From: the human T2T-CHM13v2.0 reference genome, Homo sapiens
Direction: 5' to 3' (one strand)
DNA: 64,000 nucleotides
Assembly: GCF_009914755.1 (NCBI RefSeq)
Contig: NC_060925.1
Below the pieces are notes generated by a model. It was not told the origin of the DNA, did not search any database, and saw nothing but the letters and a program-made list of their open reading frames with translations. Positions 13,801 to 28,963 of this stretch are shown here, in pieces. Position numbers and translations under genes: made by a program. The stretch's first letter is position 1; every line of letters starts with the position of its first letter.

Positions 13801-15948
13801 CGGATGATTACCTGGGATTATATTCTTAGCTACATCTGTTAGGATATTTGGGATTCCTCCATGTGAAGAGGCTAGAAAACCAGAACGACAGTTTATACCA
13901 GGCTGGGATCTCTAGAGATAAGGATTATGTGACAGGCTTTGTAAGCACAGAATCCAGGGGAGTAACTATTGTAAGAGTTCAGACAGCTATTAAGAACAAT
14001 GTTGAAAAATTAGACCAAGTGGAAAGAGAAAGAGATACGAGCTGTCAAGCCAGAGTTCAGCTAAGCAAGCTGGTTAATGGTTAATACCAGTAGCTTCTCT
14101 ATCTGTGTGTTGCTTACGTCAACCCCAATTCCTCATCCTATTGTAGAGTTGGTACTTAAATCTGAAAACTCAGGTGTGCCCTGAACTGATAACCAGCTGA
14201 GAAAGTATAGGGAAGAAAGGAATGGGTGGGCAGGGCTAAAGGTAACAGTAGAGCAAAGCAGAGGTACTGGGTTCTCTAGAAGGTGGCAGATATTGTTATC
14301 AAAGAGAGTTTACCCAAGAGACCCTGAGACATTGCATTAGCAGACCAGGACACATGACTGTTTCTTAATTCTATCTCCAGTTTAGAACTACATGTCAGGT
14401 AGAGTTGACAGAAGCCAAAGAAAAAGAACAAAACAAAACAAACAAAAAAACCCTAAAGTTAGAGAAGGAACCACATGTCTGCTATAAGTAGTGTTTAGAG
14501 AGCAGGGAAAGAGATGAAATTTGTTTTCCTGCTTCTCACGTCTCATTAAAATATAGATGCTGTAGGTAGGGTATTCATCATCCCCTTCTTTGGTAAGCCC
14601 TCAGATTGCAATGGGCCACCTTGTAGTAGTGTTGTTTGATGACACAGTCAGGAAGGATGGTTAATGCACAGCAGTAGGTGGACAGAGTTCAGTTGGTCTT
14701 AAATATTTAGATCTGGTGCCCATCTAGGGATGGTGCTATGGAAAAATAATAGCTGGTAATTATTAAGAGTGTAATATATTCCAGAGACTGAGCTAAAAGT
14801 CTTAAGGGTATTTCCTCATTTGCTTCTCCCATCAACCCAATTAGGCAGTTATTACTTTCTTTATTGTACATATGAGGACACTGAAGCTTAGAGAGGTTCA
14901 GTAACTTGCCCAAGGTACACAGCCAATAAATAGCAGAGATTTTCCAACCCAGGCCTGCCTCCAGATCTCATGGTGGAAATCACTTTGCTGTCCTAGGAAA
15001 GGCACTGTTAGCTCACATGGCTGAAAGGAAAGCTAATGCTACATTTTTTTTTTTTACCCTGCAGGTTAAAGAGTTAAAAATAGAGGTGAGATGCTTATTT
15101 CCTTACACTTTTTCCTGCATTTTTCTTCATTTCATCACGCATTATACCCCACATCCAGGTGCTGGTCTTGTGCTTTCGGTTACATGTTGAGTTGTGTGGA
15201 AGGGCAAGCCAGGTTTATTTCAATGGAAGAGTGTTCATTCATCAAATTGACCTACCATTATACAACACCAATGCAGATGACACACTCTACCAGGGTGTGG
15301 AGAGGAGTGTGCACAGTCCTCACACTCAGGAAATTTACAGCCTCCTTTGGAAGATAAGACATGCCTGTAAAAAGATAATCGAAGGCAGCATATGATCAGC
15401 ACTAAACCACCAGGAAGAATAACTGCTCTTCATGTCAGAAGAGGGAGAGAGAGCACTTCTCAGCGGGTGGTCAAGGTAGGATTCCTGGAAGAAGGCCGGT
15501 TCTGAAAACTGAGAGAGCTGTTTATTTTTGGGTAGTGGAATCATGAAATGAATCACAGAGAGAGGAAGTGAAAGGTGTGTTTGGGAACAGCAACAGCACC
15601 AGGTTGACTTTAGCTAGGGCCCACTAGGGGAGGAGTAGGAGATGGGGCAGGAAAGTCAAGCTGAAATTGGATTGTGCAGATCCTTGAAAACAATGCACAG
15701 CAGTTTGAATTCATTAAAATAAATAAGATTCAACGTAAAACACCAGGCCTACATAGGCACTTAATAAACTGGGGAGGTTTGTGTGCAACAATAGCAGAAA
15801 GAGTGAGAGCTTTGGAAATAAGGTCAGCCTGAGTCAAATTCTAGCTCTGCCATTTATTAGCAGTGTGACTTTGGGCTACTTAATTTCTCTGAGTTTCAGT
15901 TTATTCATCCCTAAAATGTAAATACTTCCCATCTCACACAGCTATAGA

Positions 15949-16150
15949 GCAGGGATCAGCAAACCTTTTCTGTAATGAGCCAGATTGTAAAGATTTTAGT
16001 CTATGGACCATGCAGTCTCTGCCATTGTATGGTGAAAGCACATTGACAATACGTCAACAAAAATTAGCAAGCCTGTGTTCCAATAAGACTTTATTTACAA
16101 AAAGTCAGCTAGCTGAATTTGATCTTTGGGCCACAGTTTACCAATCTCTG
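15949..16150. mobile_element. MER58A-like hAT-Charlie DNA transposon
   Basis: cagggatcagcaaacc...ccaataagactttatttacaaaa...gtttaccaatctctg termini and body. Confidence 0.75.
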
Positions 16151-16719
16151 TTACAGAAGATTAAATTAAACATCTATAAAACACCTAGCACAAAATAGAT
16201 TTTCCATAAGCATTCCAACCTTTGACAATTTCTTTTGTCCCCTCATGAAGTGGCTTCTATCTCCATTCCCACACTCTGTTGTAGTTGAGACTTATGCATG
16301 TATTATCACTTGTTTGTCTGTGGTGCGGCCATAATATTGCCCCATAAAAATGGATTTCAAAACTGACAGAGTTTTTGAGGTTCTTAAGAGGATTATTTGC
16401 TAAAGGCATACAGAAAAAGGACCTTTGCTAGTCATAATCTTAAGTGAGAACCATGTCCAATTTCTGGGCTGAGGGGATATGAGGCAACGTGCTCTGTTCC
16501 ATCCCTTCACTTAAGGCTATAAGAAAAAAGCACTGAACTCCACACACTGAATTTGGAATGAAAGGGAGCCCCCTCATGGAGGTTTACGAAACACAGTTGA
16601 ATTCTGTTTCACTACTCCAACTAGGATTAACCAAGATGAATTTAACTTGTGAGCAGTTGGAAAGAGTTAACTTACTCTTTCCAAGCCTCTCATGCTACCT
16701 CTCTCTCTCTCTCTCTCTC

Positions 16720-17027
16720 TTTTTTTTTTTTTTTTTTTTTTTTTTTGGAGACAGGGTCTCATTCTGTCCTCCAGGATGAAGTGCAATGGCATGATCATGG
16801 CTCACTGCAGCCTTGAACTCCTGGGCTCAATTGATCCTCCTGCCTCAGCCTCCTGAGTAGCTGGGACTACAGGTGTGCACCACTATGCCTAGATAAATTT
16901 TTATTTTTAGTAGAGACGAAGTCTCGCTGTGTTGCCCAGGCTGGTCTCCAACTCCTGACCTCAAGCATCCTTCCATCTTGGCCTCCCAAAGTGTTAGGAT
17001 TATAGGCATGAGCCACCATGCCTGGTT
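16720..17027 (-). mobile_element. AluJ SINE with (CT)n at the tail end
   Basis: Poly-T followed by reverse-complement Alu dimer. Confidence 0.92.
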
Positions 17028-18806
17028 GTGTTACCTCATTTGGTCAACAACTGCATTGTGAGATAATTTTGCTCCTGAGGAAATTGAAAAAGAAGTAGTT
17101 ACAAATTGGGCCAAGTCTGCACTTCATAAGTCAAAGCAATTTAGAGAGAGCAGGCAGGCTAGGTGTTGGAGGTGGGACACAGTGGAGAAGGCTTACCAGG
17201 GCCAATAGTGGGATGCTTTGCCAGGCCCCACAATTTTATGTAGGACCTGTTGTCAACACCATATCACGCTGAAATACAGTAAGATATCATCAGCCTTTCT
17301 CACTGAAGCCTCTCCCACTGCAAAAGAGTTGTAACTGAGCTTGCTAAGCTCTAGGCACAGCAGCCCTCCAGCTGGTAAGCCAAGCTAGCCAACAGGATGA
17401 CCTTCATGGCTCTTTACCAACAACATCGTCCTTTAGAGTCACAGGACACTCATTTGCAACTGGCTCTTCTTCATCCCCTCTCCCCCCGCCAATAAATCAC
17501 CTCCTTAGTTGCTGAATGAGGCTTGTTGGCTGTGGGACCACATCCCTGGGCTCTGCATTGCAGCAAGTATACACAGTCACCCAGGAGCCCTCTGTCATCG
17601 CCTGCGAATACTAGAAGCATGAGAATAAGAAGTAAGCCCGACCATGTTGAGGAAGGGGAAACTAGCTTTTGTTCCACAGAGTGAAACCTCAATAAATTGG
17701 CCATCTGATTCCTCCTTGAACTGTATAAATAATAGAATTTGTAAGGTAAATTAAGAGCACCAAGACTGTAGTAGGAAGTATTCTATTAGCTTAAGAAAAC
17801 AGACAGATCTGATGCAAACCCAAGTACAACTCCTAAGGAGTCTTGTTCCTTAAAGCAGTAGTTCTCAAACTCAGCCTCTACTTATTCTGTAAACCATAAT
17901 TTTTTTAACTGAATTTGAATCAAATAATGGCATTTCTCCAGGGAAAAAAAAGTTAATGGGAAAATTTTCTCAGTTCTATCTATAATTGTTTACCATTTAC
18001 TTATACTAAATCTAGTGTGAACACTAATATATTCTTTTAGTGAACATTTAACATAGCAGTATTTTATCATATTTTTATTTTGTTTTATTTTTGGTGAAGA
18101 GCACTTTCACCTCAGCCTATTTTTCACCTGAACATGTTTAAGGACCATTAAGATCAACACTACTCACAGAGTGTTATCTAAGAACAACGGGCTAGCTAGT
18201 ATTTCATTATTCTTCTGCTTTAATGACAAAACAAATTTCCAACTTGAATGCAATTTTACTGGATCAATCTCTTATTTACTTCACTCTGCAGCCCATTAGA
18301 ATGAGAATTTTCTCTCCTTGGTTGACACCCATTCTAAAGAATTGGGCTCTCTCCTTGATGGATCTCCAGGATATTCAGTGTCCAGTTGCCTCCCTCTGTT
18401 GCTGATCTCTGATAATCCTTATCATAGGGCTGACTTCCCTGTGAGCCTTGTCTTTATGTAAGGACCTAACTGGAAAGCCAGAAGACAAGAACTGGCTAGA
18501 AATGTTAGATGTGTTGGCTAAATATGTTGACCAGGAAGAATTAGGTTTGCCACATTTAGGTTAGAATCTTCAACTGATTGTGGGTCCAAGTTCATTTTTT
18601 TTTTTTTTCTAATTCTCAGTTTCTTAATTTGCTTGTCCAGGCCTTACCAATAGACTTGCATGTGGACATGAGCAACACTGTTCCTGAAGGTCCTGTGTGT
18701 GCTCTGGGCACATAAGCCTCCTAACTGCCATGGAGATTTGGGAAAAATGAAGTAGATGTCCAGCTGTCTCTGGTGGGGCCCATTCTGGGACCCAGAAACC
18801 AGATTA

Positions 18807-18895
18807 GTAGGGTGACCAATCATCCTGATTTGCTTGGGACTGAGGGGCTCGTGGGACTTTGAGTTCCAAAACTGGTAAAGTCCTGGATACAAGAG
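18807..18895. mobile_element. MER96-like hAT fragment
   Basis: tagggtgaccaatcatcctgatttgcttgggactg terminus. Confidence 0.5.
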
Positions 18896-19669
18896 GCTCA
18901 GGTGATGTATTTGCTGGTTAGAAAGGACTAGAGCCTTGTCTGTAATTGAGGTTCAGAGGTCTACTGAGCTATCTAAAGAACTGGAGAACCCTGAAGGATG
19001 CAGGACACTAGGGACTCTCAACTGGTCCCCCGAGAGCAGATGACCAGGAATAAAGAAACGTATCTAGAGCAGGTCAACTGAGCAGTAGCGTCTGGAGTCA
19101 GAGGAGCAGGAGCTCCAGGCATAATGCCCAGTGGTACTTGCTACCCTTCCATGCAGTCCCCCTTTGGTCCCAGGCTACCTGTGAGCTCTGGGAGGGTAAG
19201 GCAGTGGTAGAAATGCTAGAATTGTATCTAAGAGCTCACATGGCAGAGCTGAGGGAGTCCTCTCTGAAAGAACTGGACATGTGGATATACTGGCCAGAGA
19301 GAAGAGGGCACGGGAGACTGGGAGAGAGAAAGAGATGTCAAGAGAAGGACAGCAGTGGCAAGGCCAGCACGGGAAATGATGAAAGTAACAGTGGACAACA
19401 GAGGAGATGGTCCACAGAGCCCCTGATTATACATGACGAAGAGATCACCAAAAACTGATGGTTCCCCAAAATTATGTATTTTCTGGGAATTCTCAGATAT
19501 AGCTGGAGAATTGAACACTGAAAAAATAAAAGCCTACTGATCAGCAGTTATGGGCAGCATGAAGGATTGAGATTTGGATTATTATTGCAAATATGATCCT
19601 GGGCTATAATTACATAAAACTGCCTAGTAAACATACAGACTATAATTACATTAAACCATTTTATGTAAA

Positions 19670-20360
19670 TTTTCTATTGAAGTAAAAGTACATAGAGAAA
19701 AGCACACTAATCACAGGTGCACGGCTCGCTGAATTTTCCCAAAGAGAACATACCCATGTACCCAAAATCTAGATGAAGAAACAGAACATGAATATCATCC
19801 CAGAGGCCCACCTAATGCCCTTCCCAGTCACTGCCCCCTCCCAAGGGTAACAAGTATCCTGATTTATAACACCATACACTAGTTGTTGTATTTGTCTGTT
19901 TTTCAATTTTATATAAATGGCAACATATATAACTCCTTCATTTGCCTTTTTTCACTCAACATTGTGAGATTCATTTTTATTGTTACATGAGATTGTAGTT
20001 TATTTTTTGTTATTGTTGTATGGAATCCCATTATGAAAATACCACTATCTATTTATCCATTCTACTTCTGTTGAACATTTGTGTTATTTCTAGTTCGAGG
20101 CTTTTTTGAATAGTGCTGCCATGGACTTTCTACTATGTGAAATTTGGTAACTATATGGTGCATTTCTGCTAGGCATATACCTAAGAGTGGAAATGCTATG
20201 TCATAGGGCCTATGTATGCTCAGCTTTGGAAGATACTGCCTAACAGTTTTCTGAAGTGGTCATACAATTTATATTGCCCCAATAATGTTTGAGAGTTTCA
20301 GTTGCCTTACACCTTCTTCAACACTTTCATTTTGGCTATTCTAGTGGGTGTGAATTATAT
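19670..20360 (-). mobile_element. Old L1M 3' end fragment
   Basis: Antisense L1M 3' text (tttatccattcta, gcatatacctaagagtggaaatgct). Confidence 0.75.
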
Positions 20361-20377
20361 ATAAAACTTTAAGTTTT

Positions 20378-20615
20378 GGCCAAGCGCAGTGGGTCACACC
20401 AGTAATCCTAACAATTTGGGAGGCCAAGACAGGAGAATTGCCTGAGCCCAGGAGTTCGAGACAAGCCTGGGCAACATGGTGAAACCTCATCTCTGCAAAA
20501 AATACAAAAATTAGTTGGGCGTGGTGGCACACTCCTGTAGTCCCAGCTAATTGGCATGCTGAGGTGGGAGGATGACCTGAGCCTGGGAGCTTGAGGCTGC
20601 AGTGAGCTGTGACCG
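20378..20615 (+). mobile_element. AluJ, 3'-truncated
   Basis: Alu left arm and most of right arm, ending after gcagtgagctgtga. Confidence 0.85.
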
Positions 20616-20618
20616 TAG

Positions 20619-20980
<362 letters not shown>

Positions 20981-21688
20981 CTTCCTTAGCTGGTTCTTTA
21001 ATACGCTACAGTAAGGCTTGCTGCTTATACCCTTTCTAATAGATGCATGTTGTCTCTTTAGATGTCTGGCCACACTACCATAACATAAGAACCTTTCATT
21101 TAATCTACACATCCCAAAGTAGAGAATATAATTGCTGGAGACCTGCAGGCACTATTAGCAGGGGGACTGCAAGGCTTTTCATATATTTACTCTCACAAAG
21201 GAAGACTGTTTTCTCATAGACCATTTCTCTAGGGGCCACTGTGTGACTATAAGTGGAAGAAATCTATCATAACCAAATTGTAGACCATAAAACAAATCTG
21301 GAGTGGCACGGGAGTTTCTTTGATTTCTACCCTAGAGATCAATGTGTAAAATATGCATGATTGGTTTTCTCTGTTTAATGTCATCCTTGGCCTAGGGATT
21401 TTGAATTCTGCAGAGTCATTTTTGCCTTTAAATGAATCATTGACCTAGCTGTCCCCAACGTGTTACCATACTTGCATTGAAAAGATTGAAAGGGAATGAG
21501 GGAGTCTCAAATTCTTTCAGTAACTTTCTCTGTTCTACACACTTACTGGTCTCAGTTGGCTTGAAGGAAAGAATCTCCCCTACTGGCCTGAAAATAACTT
21601 TAAAAAAAAAGCTAAAACGAAATTGTGCTGTTGTGCAAAATGGGCTTCATTCTTCAGGGCTGATAACAAGGACAGTTAAGAAACCACA

Positions 21689-21996
<308 letters not shown>

Positions 21997-22008
21997 AAGA
22001 AACCACAG

Positions 22009-22558
<550 letters not shown>

Positions 22559-23740
22559 TAAAATACATGACTGTGTAGATGAGGAAGGACATGAAATGAA
22601 ACAGGAAAAAGGTGACCTGAAAACTTTTAAGAATTTTATGTTATCATTGGTATTTTCCTCAAAATCACTTAAGTATCATAAAGCTTTGCAGGAAACTTTT
22701 GGTTTGGCTGCAAGGAGAGAATTCAGGACATACTCATCCAGTTGTTATCTGAGGGACTTCCTCTTAACAGCTCTTAATTTCAAAGATTATGTATCATATC
22801 CTTGTTCTTCAACCAGACTGTAATCCTCTGGAGGGCAGGGGCCATTGATTCACTCAAACATTTTTGTTAGGCACCTGCTAGATGCTGGGGATGGTAAGTT
22901 GATACTTCCTGCCATCACATCTTCCTACGCCAGCCACCTGCCTGCATCCCTGACAAGCGCCTGTTTGCCACCTCCTGGGAACTACACCCTCCTCTTCTAG
23001 AGACACCCTGTACTTTTGGCTCAGCCCTCATGATGCCAACTATTTGTTTGGATCAGCACCTGTTGTTTGCCTGAACATATGTTCTGCCTAACAGACCTTT
23101 CTCCTGGTCCTTGGATCCAGTCTACCGCCCCCACTTCCAACTGCCCCTCTCTATTGGTGTGTCTCCTTCAAGGTTCTAGACCCTCTTAGGCTTTCCATCC
23201 AAGTCTTTTCTGGGCTACAGTACTTCACTTATAAAGATTTTCATTCCACAAATGTTCATTGAGCTTCCCCTTAGTGCCAGGAGCTGTGCCAGTTGATAAA
23301 GACACATGTTAATGGTTATCAGGCTGCTAAGAAAAACATAGGCATGTGAATACGAATGTATAAGAAAATGCTACAAATGCCTCAAGAGATGTGTGAATGA
23401 GATAGAGGGGCACCAAAACACAGGTGATCAATTTTTCCATGAGGTTAGGGCTAGGCAGGTAAGATTTCATGAGTAAACATTAGATAGAGTAGCTTCAACT
23501 AGATCTCTGCTTCTATAACAGCTCTTGACATTCTCACTTGACCACACTGCATTGCTGGTCAGAGATCTGGCAGCACTGGACAGAAGAGAGGGCAAGACAG
23601 GCTATCTAAGGGAATCTAGGTCTCATCTCCAAATTGGGTTATTTATTCTTGTATTGTCGAGTAGTAAGGGTTCATTATGTGCTATGGATACACTTAATGA
23701 ACTATTATTTCATTATATGTTTTCCTCTAAATTAGCCTTC

Positions 23741-24030
23741 TTTTTTTTTTAGACGGGTCTCACTCTGTTGCCCAGGCTGGAGTGCAGTGATGTGATCATG
23801 GCTTACTGCAGCCTCAACCTCCCAGTCTCAAGACATCCTCCTGCTTCAGCCTCCCAAGTAGTTGGGATTACAGGTGTGCTCCAGCACAGGTGGCTAATTT
23901 TTGTATTTTTAGTAGAGACAGAACTTCACCATGTTGCCCAGGCTGGTCTTAAACTCCTGGGGTCAAGCAATCTACCCTACTCAGCCTCCTAAAGTAGTGG
24001 GATTACAGGCATGAGCCACCATGCCAGGGC
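23741..24030 (-). mobile_element. AluJ SINE
   Basis: Reverse dimer. Confidence 0.9.
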
Positions 24031-24089
24031 CTTCTAATTTAGTCTTGACATCTCTCTTAGGATAGAGACTATATAAACTCTAGCCCTGG

Positions 24090-24380
24090 GCTGTAGGGAA
24101 TTTGGTCATGGCTGCTTACAGTGTCCTTTCATGAGATACTTCTTTATCCTGGCAGATGCTTTTGTTGCTGTCTGATCTGTGTCCAGTTTATTCCTACCAA
24201 GATGGCCACTGTCTAGGAGATCCCTGGCTAGTAAAAAAGTTAGATTTGGGTGTGTCAGTCAGGTGAGCCATGTAAGAGGCAGCACAACAAAATGCATGAA
24301 GTAGCAGAAGCAGCGTATTACTCACAGGTCCTAGAGGGAGGAGGGCAGCACACCAATAGGAATTGAGAGCCACCTGGTAC
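24090..24380. mobile_element. ERVL LTR fragment (MER54/MER74-like)
   Basis: atgagatacttctttatcctggcagatg...gtttattcctaccaagatggccact resembles this LTR group; subfamily from memory. Confidence 0.5.
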
Positions 24381-24449
24381 AAAAAAGCCCAACTAGTATT
24401 TAAAATGGATGCCGAGACAACATAAAATGACAAGAATTCACTACCATCC

Positions 24450-25940
24450 CTTACAAACTATGATTTGTAAATATTTTCTCCCATTACCTAAGCTATCTTT
24501 TTACTTTCTTGATGATATTCTTTGAAACACAAAATTTTTTATTTAAAGAAGTCTAATTTATTTTTATTGTTGTTGTTGCTTATATCTTGAGTGTTGTATG
24601 TAAGAAGGGTTTGCCTACACCAAAGTCACAAAGATTTACTCCTATATTTTCTCCTAAGAGTTTTATAGTTTTAGCTCTTAAATTTAGATCTCTGGTCCGT
24701 TTTAATAAATTTTTATAAATGGTATGAGGAAGGGTCCAACTTTGTTCTTTTACACGTAGGTACCCAGCAGTTCCAGCATCAATTTTTGAAAAGATTATTC
24801 TTTCTCTCATTGAATTGTCTTGACTCCCTTATTGAAAATCAATTGACCATAATTATAAGGGGTTATATCTGGATTCTCGATTCTGAACTATTGATTTATA
24901 AGTCTATCTTTATGCCAGCACCACACTGTCTTAATTACTATAGTTCTGTAGTACATTTTAAAATCAGGAAGTGGGGATCCTATAACTTTTTCCTTTTTTT
25001 CAAGATTATTTTGGCTATTCTGGATGCCTCACATTTGTACATGAATTTTGTGTTTAGTTTCTCAATTTTTGCATACAAGCCAGCTGGGATTTTTAGGGAT
25101 TGTGTTGGATCTGTACATCAATTTAGGGAGAATTGTCATCTTAACAGTATCTAGTCTTCTGATCCATGAGCATGTATGTCTTTCCATTTATTTGGATCTT
25201 CTTTAAGTTCTTTCAACAATGTTTTCTAATTTTTAGAGTACAAGATTTACCCTACTTTGGGAGGCTGGGGCTGGAGGATCACTTGAGCCCCACAGTTCAA
25301 GGCTACAGTGATTTATGATCATGCCACTGTGCTCCAGCCTGGGTGACAGAGAGAGACTCTGTCTCTAAAACAACAACAATAAAAAACAAACAAACAAAAA
25401 TGACTTACTTTTGTCTTACTAAATTTATTCCTATTTCTATTTTATAATTCCTATTTTCTTGATGCTGCTGTCACTGGAATTATTTTCTAATTTCTTCAGA
25501 TTTTTAATAAAGCATGTAGAAGTACAATTCATTTTGTGTATTAATCTTTTTATTTTTATTTCTTTCCTTTTTTTTTTAAGAGACATAAGCTCGCTATGTT
25601 GCCCAGGCTGCTCTCAAATTTGTGGCCTCAAGAGATCATCCTGCCTTGGCCTTCCAAAGCTCTGGGATTACAGGCACAAGCTAATATACCTGGACCACTT
25701 TGTTTATTAATCTTAAATCTTACAATTTTTCTGAACTCATTTATTAGTTCTAATAGTTTAAGTAAATTTCTTAGTATTTTCTATATGCAAGATCATGTCA
25801 TCTGCAAATAGAAAGAGTTAGTTTTACTTTTTCCTTTCCGATCTGGATGCATTTTATTTTATTTTCTTGCCTACTTGCCCTTCCAGCACACTACTGAATA
25901 GAAGTGGTGAGAGCAGACATTCTTGTCTTATTCCTGAAAG
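24450..25940 (-). mobile_element. Old L1M ORF2 fragment interrupted by Alu monomers (+ ~25255-25400; - ~25565-25695)
   Basis: ORF 24580-24810 (-) gives L1 ORF2-like DLNLRAKTIKLLGENIGVNL; gatcatgtcatctgcaaataga is the reverse of the RT FADD motif. Confidence 0.8.
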
Positions 25941-27089
25941 AGGAAGTACTTGCTTTAGTCATAAAGCTATAATAGCTAAAACAATAATTGTGGTTCTGGC
26001 ATAAGAAAAGATAGGCAAATCAATGAAATAAAAAGAATAGCTCAGAAGCAGATACTAAAACAGAGAAGTTAAAATATCATGAGGGAAGCGCTACAAATCA
26101 GTGGTGGAAGGTTGAACTACTGGATAAATTGTGGCTCTAAAAAACTAGTTGGATGTTTTGGGGAAAAATCAATTAAGGGATTCACATGATACATCAATAT
26201 ACAATTTTAATGGATAAGAATTAAATATAGAGAAACACATCACACCATTAGTAAATATAAAATATAAAAGCAACGCCTGGATGAAAATCAAATCTCCAGA
26301 TAAGAAAGAACATTTCGAAATGGCTTTCCAAATTTTTAAGTTATCATGTTTTTTGACTCGGCAATTTAACTAAAAGAATGCAAACATCATCTTTATGGAT
26401 CTCAGACAATTGACTAGCTTTCTCATTGCTACATTTGCGGATGGTAGAAAGTCAATACATACTTATGAATTTAAAAAAAAGTTGTACAAAAACTTAAAAG
26501 GTGTACGTTCAGGAAGGATGTCATAGCGGTGCCATTTGCGTGAGTCAGTAGCCAACAGTCACCCTATGCCTTGAGATTTAAATGAAGTTCACCTGGGAAT
26601 CCTAACCCTGTCGGATGTACATTGCCCTCCCTGTGATTTCTGTGAGTTATGGCAGTTTTATTTTCTCACAGTTCTTTCTATCTTGCTCAGAGCTCTGGTT
26701 CTGTCTCAAGCCCACTTGCATCTCACCTCTTTTAGCCTGTCTTGTCTTTTTGACTTGAACCAATGTACATGTGAAATTCAATACCCTTTCCTTACCTATC
26801 TTTTCAAGATAAAACAAGACAAAGCAGAACAACAAAAACACCTCCCAAGCCATCTGAATGTGGATTTTTTACAATCACACAAACTGACTCATTCAAAAAT
26901 TAATATTAGACTTTCTCATACATAAAGGCCCTTTGTCCTCTTGTCCTCTTTCCCATGAAGAATTTCTCACTGGCCACATTTCTCCATGGGCTCTGGTATC
27001 CTGCTTGTCACTTGACCTTCTCTCTCCACCTCAGGCATTTCCTGACATTTTATCAGTTCTGTGTTTTCAGGATTTGCTTTCCCATGGAC

Positions 27090-27640
27090 TATTTAGAGAC
27101 AGTCAAAATACCCAAGGGGAATAAAATCAAGCTTTTAAAGAATTAAAATAAGTTTTATTCACAGTCCTTACTGAGGACTATAGACTGAGGCCCATAGCCC
27201 AGGAGGAGTCTTTCAGAGAGGTCTGTCGGACTCCTCTAAAGCAGTGTTTCAGCCCATTGGTAGGTAGGTGGTGGAGGTTAAGTATATGCAAAATCACATC
27301 TATGTTTGGGTGCAAGAGTACATTTGATTATAGTTTACTAAAGCACATTTGGTTATAGGTAGTAGAAGCATAGTGACTAAGCCCATGAGATGTTATCGTG
27401 TGTAAGAAAAGGCAAGGGCTAGCTAGGGTCAATTAACTTTTAAGAAATATAGTGACTCAGACAAGAGGCATGGGGGATGTGCTCTATCCTGTTTTGTCAA
27501 AGTATCTTTCTGGAGAGCTGCAGGCCTCACAATCAGGGGCTTTGTAAAATTACCCTGGCAAGCAGAAACAGGCAAACACCGCTCCTTCCGTTTGTTTGCT
27601 ACTTTGTCTCTCGGTATGCAGAACAATTCTGCTTTCTAAC
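27090..27640. mobile_element. ERV1-class solo LTR (MER65/MER67-like)
   Basis: ttttattc...ttactgaggactatag...gcccatagcccagg pattern; subfamily uncertain. Confidence 0.5.
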
Positions 27641-28129
27641 CCTCTCCATTCCTGGACCTTCTTTGCATTTCTAAAGCTTTGATAACATCTAGACTACTGG
27701 AGGGACCATTAATTTGGCCTGAAGCTTTAACAGTACAGAAAATGGGTGGAGGTTTCCACATTTCAGACTTCCTTTTCTCTTTTACCCACCAAGATTTACA
27801 AGTAAAAGGAAGCAATATGGATACTTGTTTTCCCTCTGCTATGAAATATGCCTTTCTTCTTCCCTTACAAGTGGCTACAGACAGTTTGGGTTTTAAATAT
27901 TTTTTTTCACCAAGCTATATTTGTAAAAGTAAGAAAATTAAAAATGATCCAAATGATCATCCATAGAAGATACCAGATTAAATAAATCATGATACAATAG
28001 ATTGAAGGATGTAATCGGTCCAGATGTTCTGAAATGGAAAGATGACCAAAATCTATTGTTAAGATACAACAACAACAACAAAAATGTAAGTTGAAAAGCC
28101 AGTTGCCCGAAAGTATGTGTAATATGAAA

Positions 28130-28322
28130 CCATTTGGCAATGTCTAGATGCATTATTGGTTGTCACAACTAGGCGGTGGTGGTGGTGGTGGTGGTGGTGG
28201 TGGTGGTGAGGCTACTACTGGGAGGCCAGGGTTGCTGCTAATCATTCTACAATCCACAGGGCAGCTTTCCAAAGAATTTGCTGGCCGCAAATACCAACAG
28301 GTCTGAGATTAAGAAACCCTGT
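28130..28322 (+). mobile_element. MER20 DNA transposon fragment containing a (GGT)n microsatellite (~28175-28208)
   Basis: tttggcaatgtctaga...ggttgtcacaact...ggccagggttgctgcta...gagattaagaaaccctg. Confidence 0.75.
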
Positions 28323-28945
28323 TCTAGATGAATATACACCAAACTTTCAACAGTGGATATCTCCAAGAGTTGAATTATAGAGGAATTATACTTTTTCTAA
28401 ATTTTTAATCTATTCGCATTTCTTGTAACGAGCTTATTATATTCAGAAAAAAATGTGAAAAGCTATAAACAGTTGGAAGAGCTTGCACATAAAAAAATAA
28501 ATATTTCTAATCAAATTACACAGAAGATGAGCAGATAGGGAGAGAGCAGTGCCACAGAATCTAGGACAGGAGAGACCTCCCTTCTCAAGGACACCCAGTT
28601 GGGAGGGAACTCAGGTAAGAATCAGCCCTTCATTCAAATGGAGGAATTTCCTCCCGAGAGCACATCTCACCAATAGCCAGTTCTTTCCTAGTCTCACGGG
28701 GCGGTGCTCTGTCTTCGGAGATTACGGGTGGTCGAAGGGGAGGGAGGCCGGGTGTGGAAGCTTGTGTTCCTCCCTGTCTGAACATGATACCCAGAATCCA
28801 GGGGTTTGGAGAATGTAACTGTTAGGTGCTTAATAGAACATAAAAGTACACGTGAAATAGAAGTCATAGTGCTATTTATTCTTCCACGGGGCAAATTTCC
28901 CTTTTTAATTTTTCTCTAGTTGTTTTGTTACACTGGAATCTCTTG

Positions 28946-28963
28946 AGCGCCATCTGGTGGACA
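28946..28963 (-). promoter_or_regulatory. CTCF binding motif
   Basis: Minus strand TGTCCACCAGATGGCGCT, near consensus, in non-repeat sequence. Confidence 0.65.

Noticed and set aside
14274-14290. Weaker CTCF-like matches (also ~15620, ~33170)
   Set aside because: Mismatches at core positions; within chance expectation.
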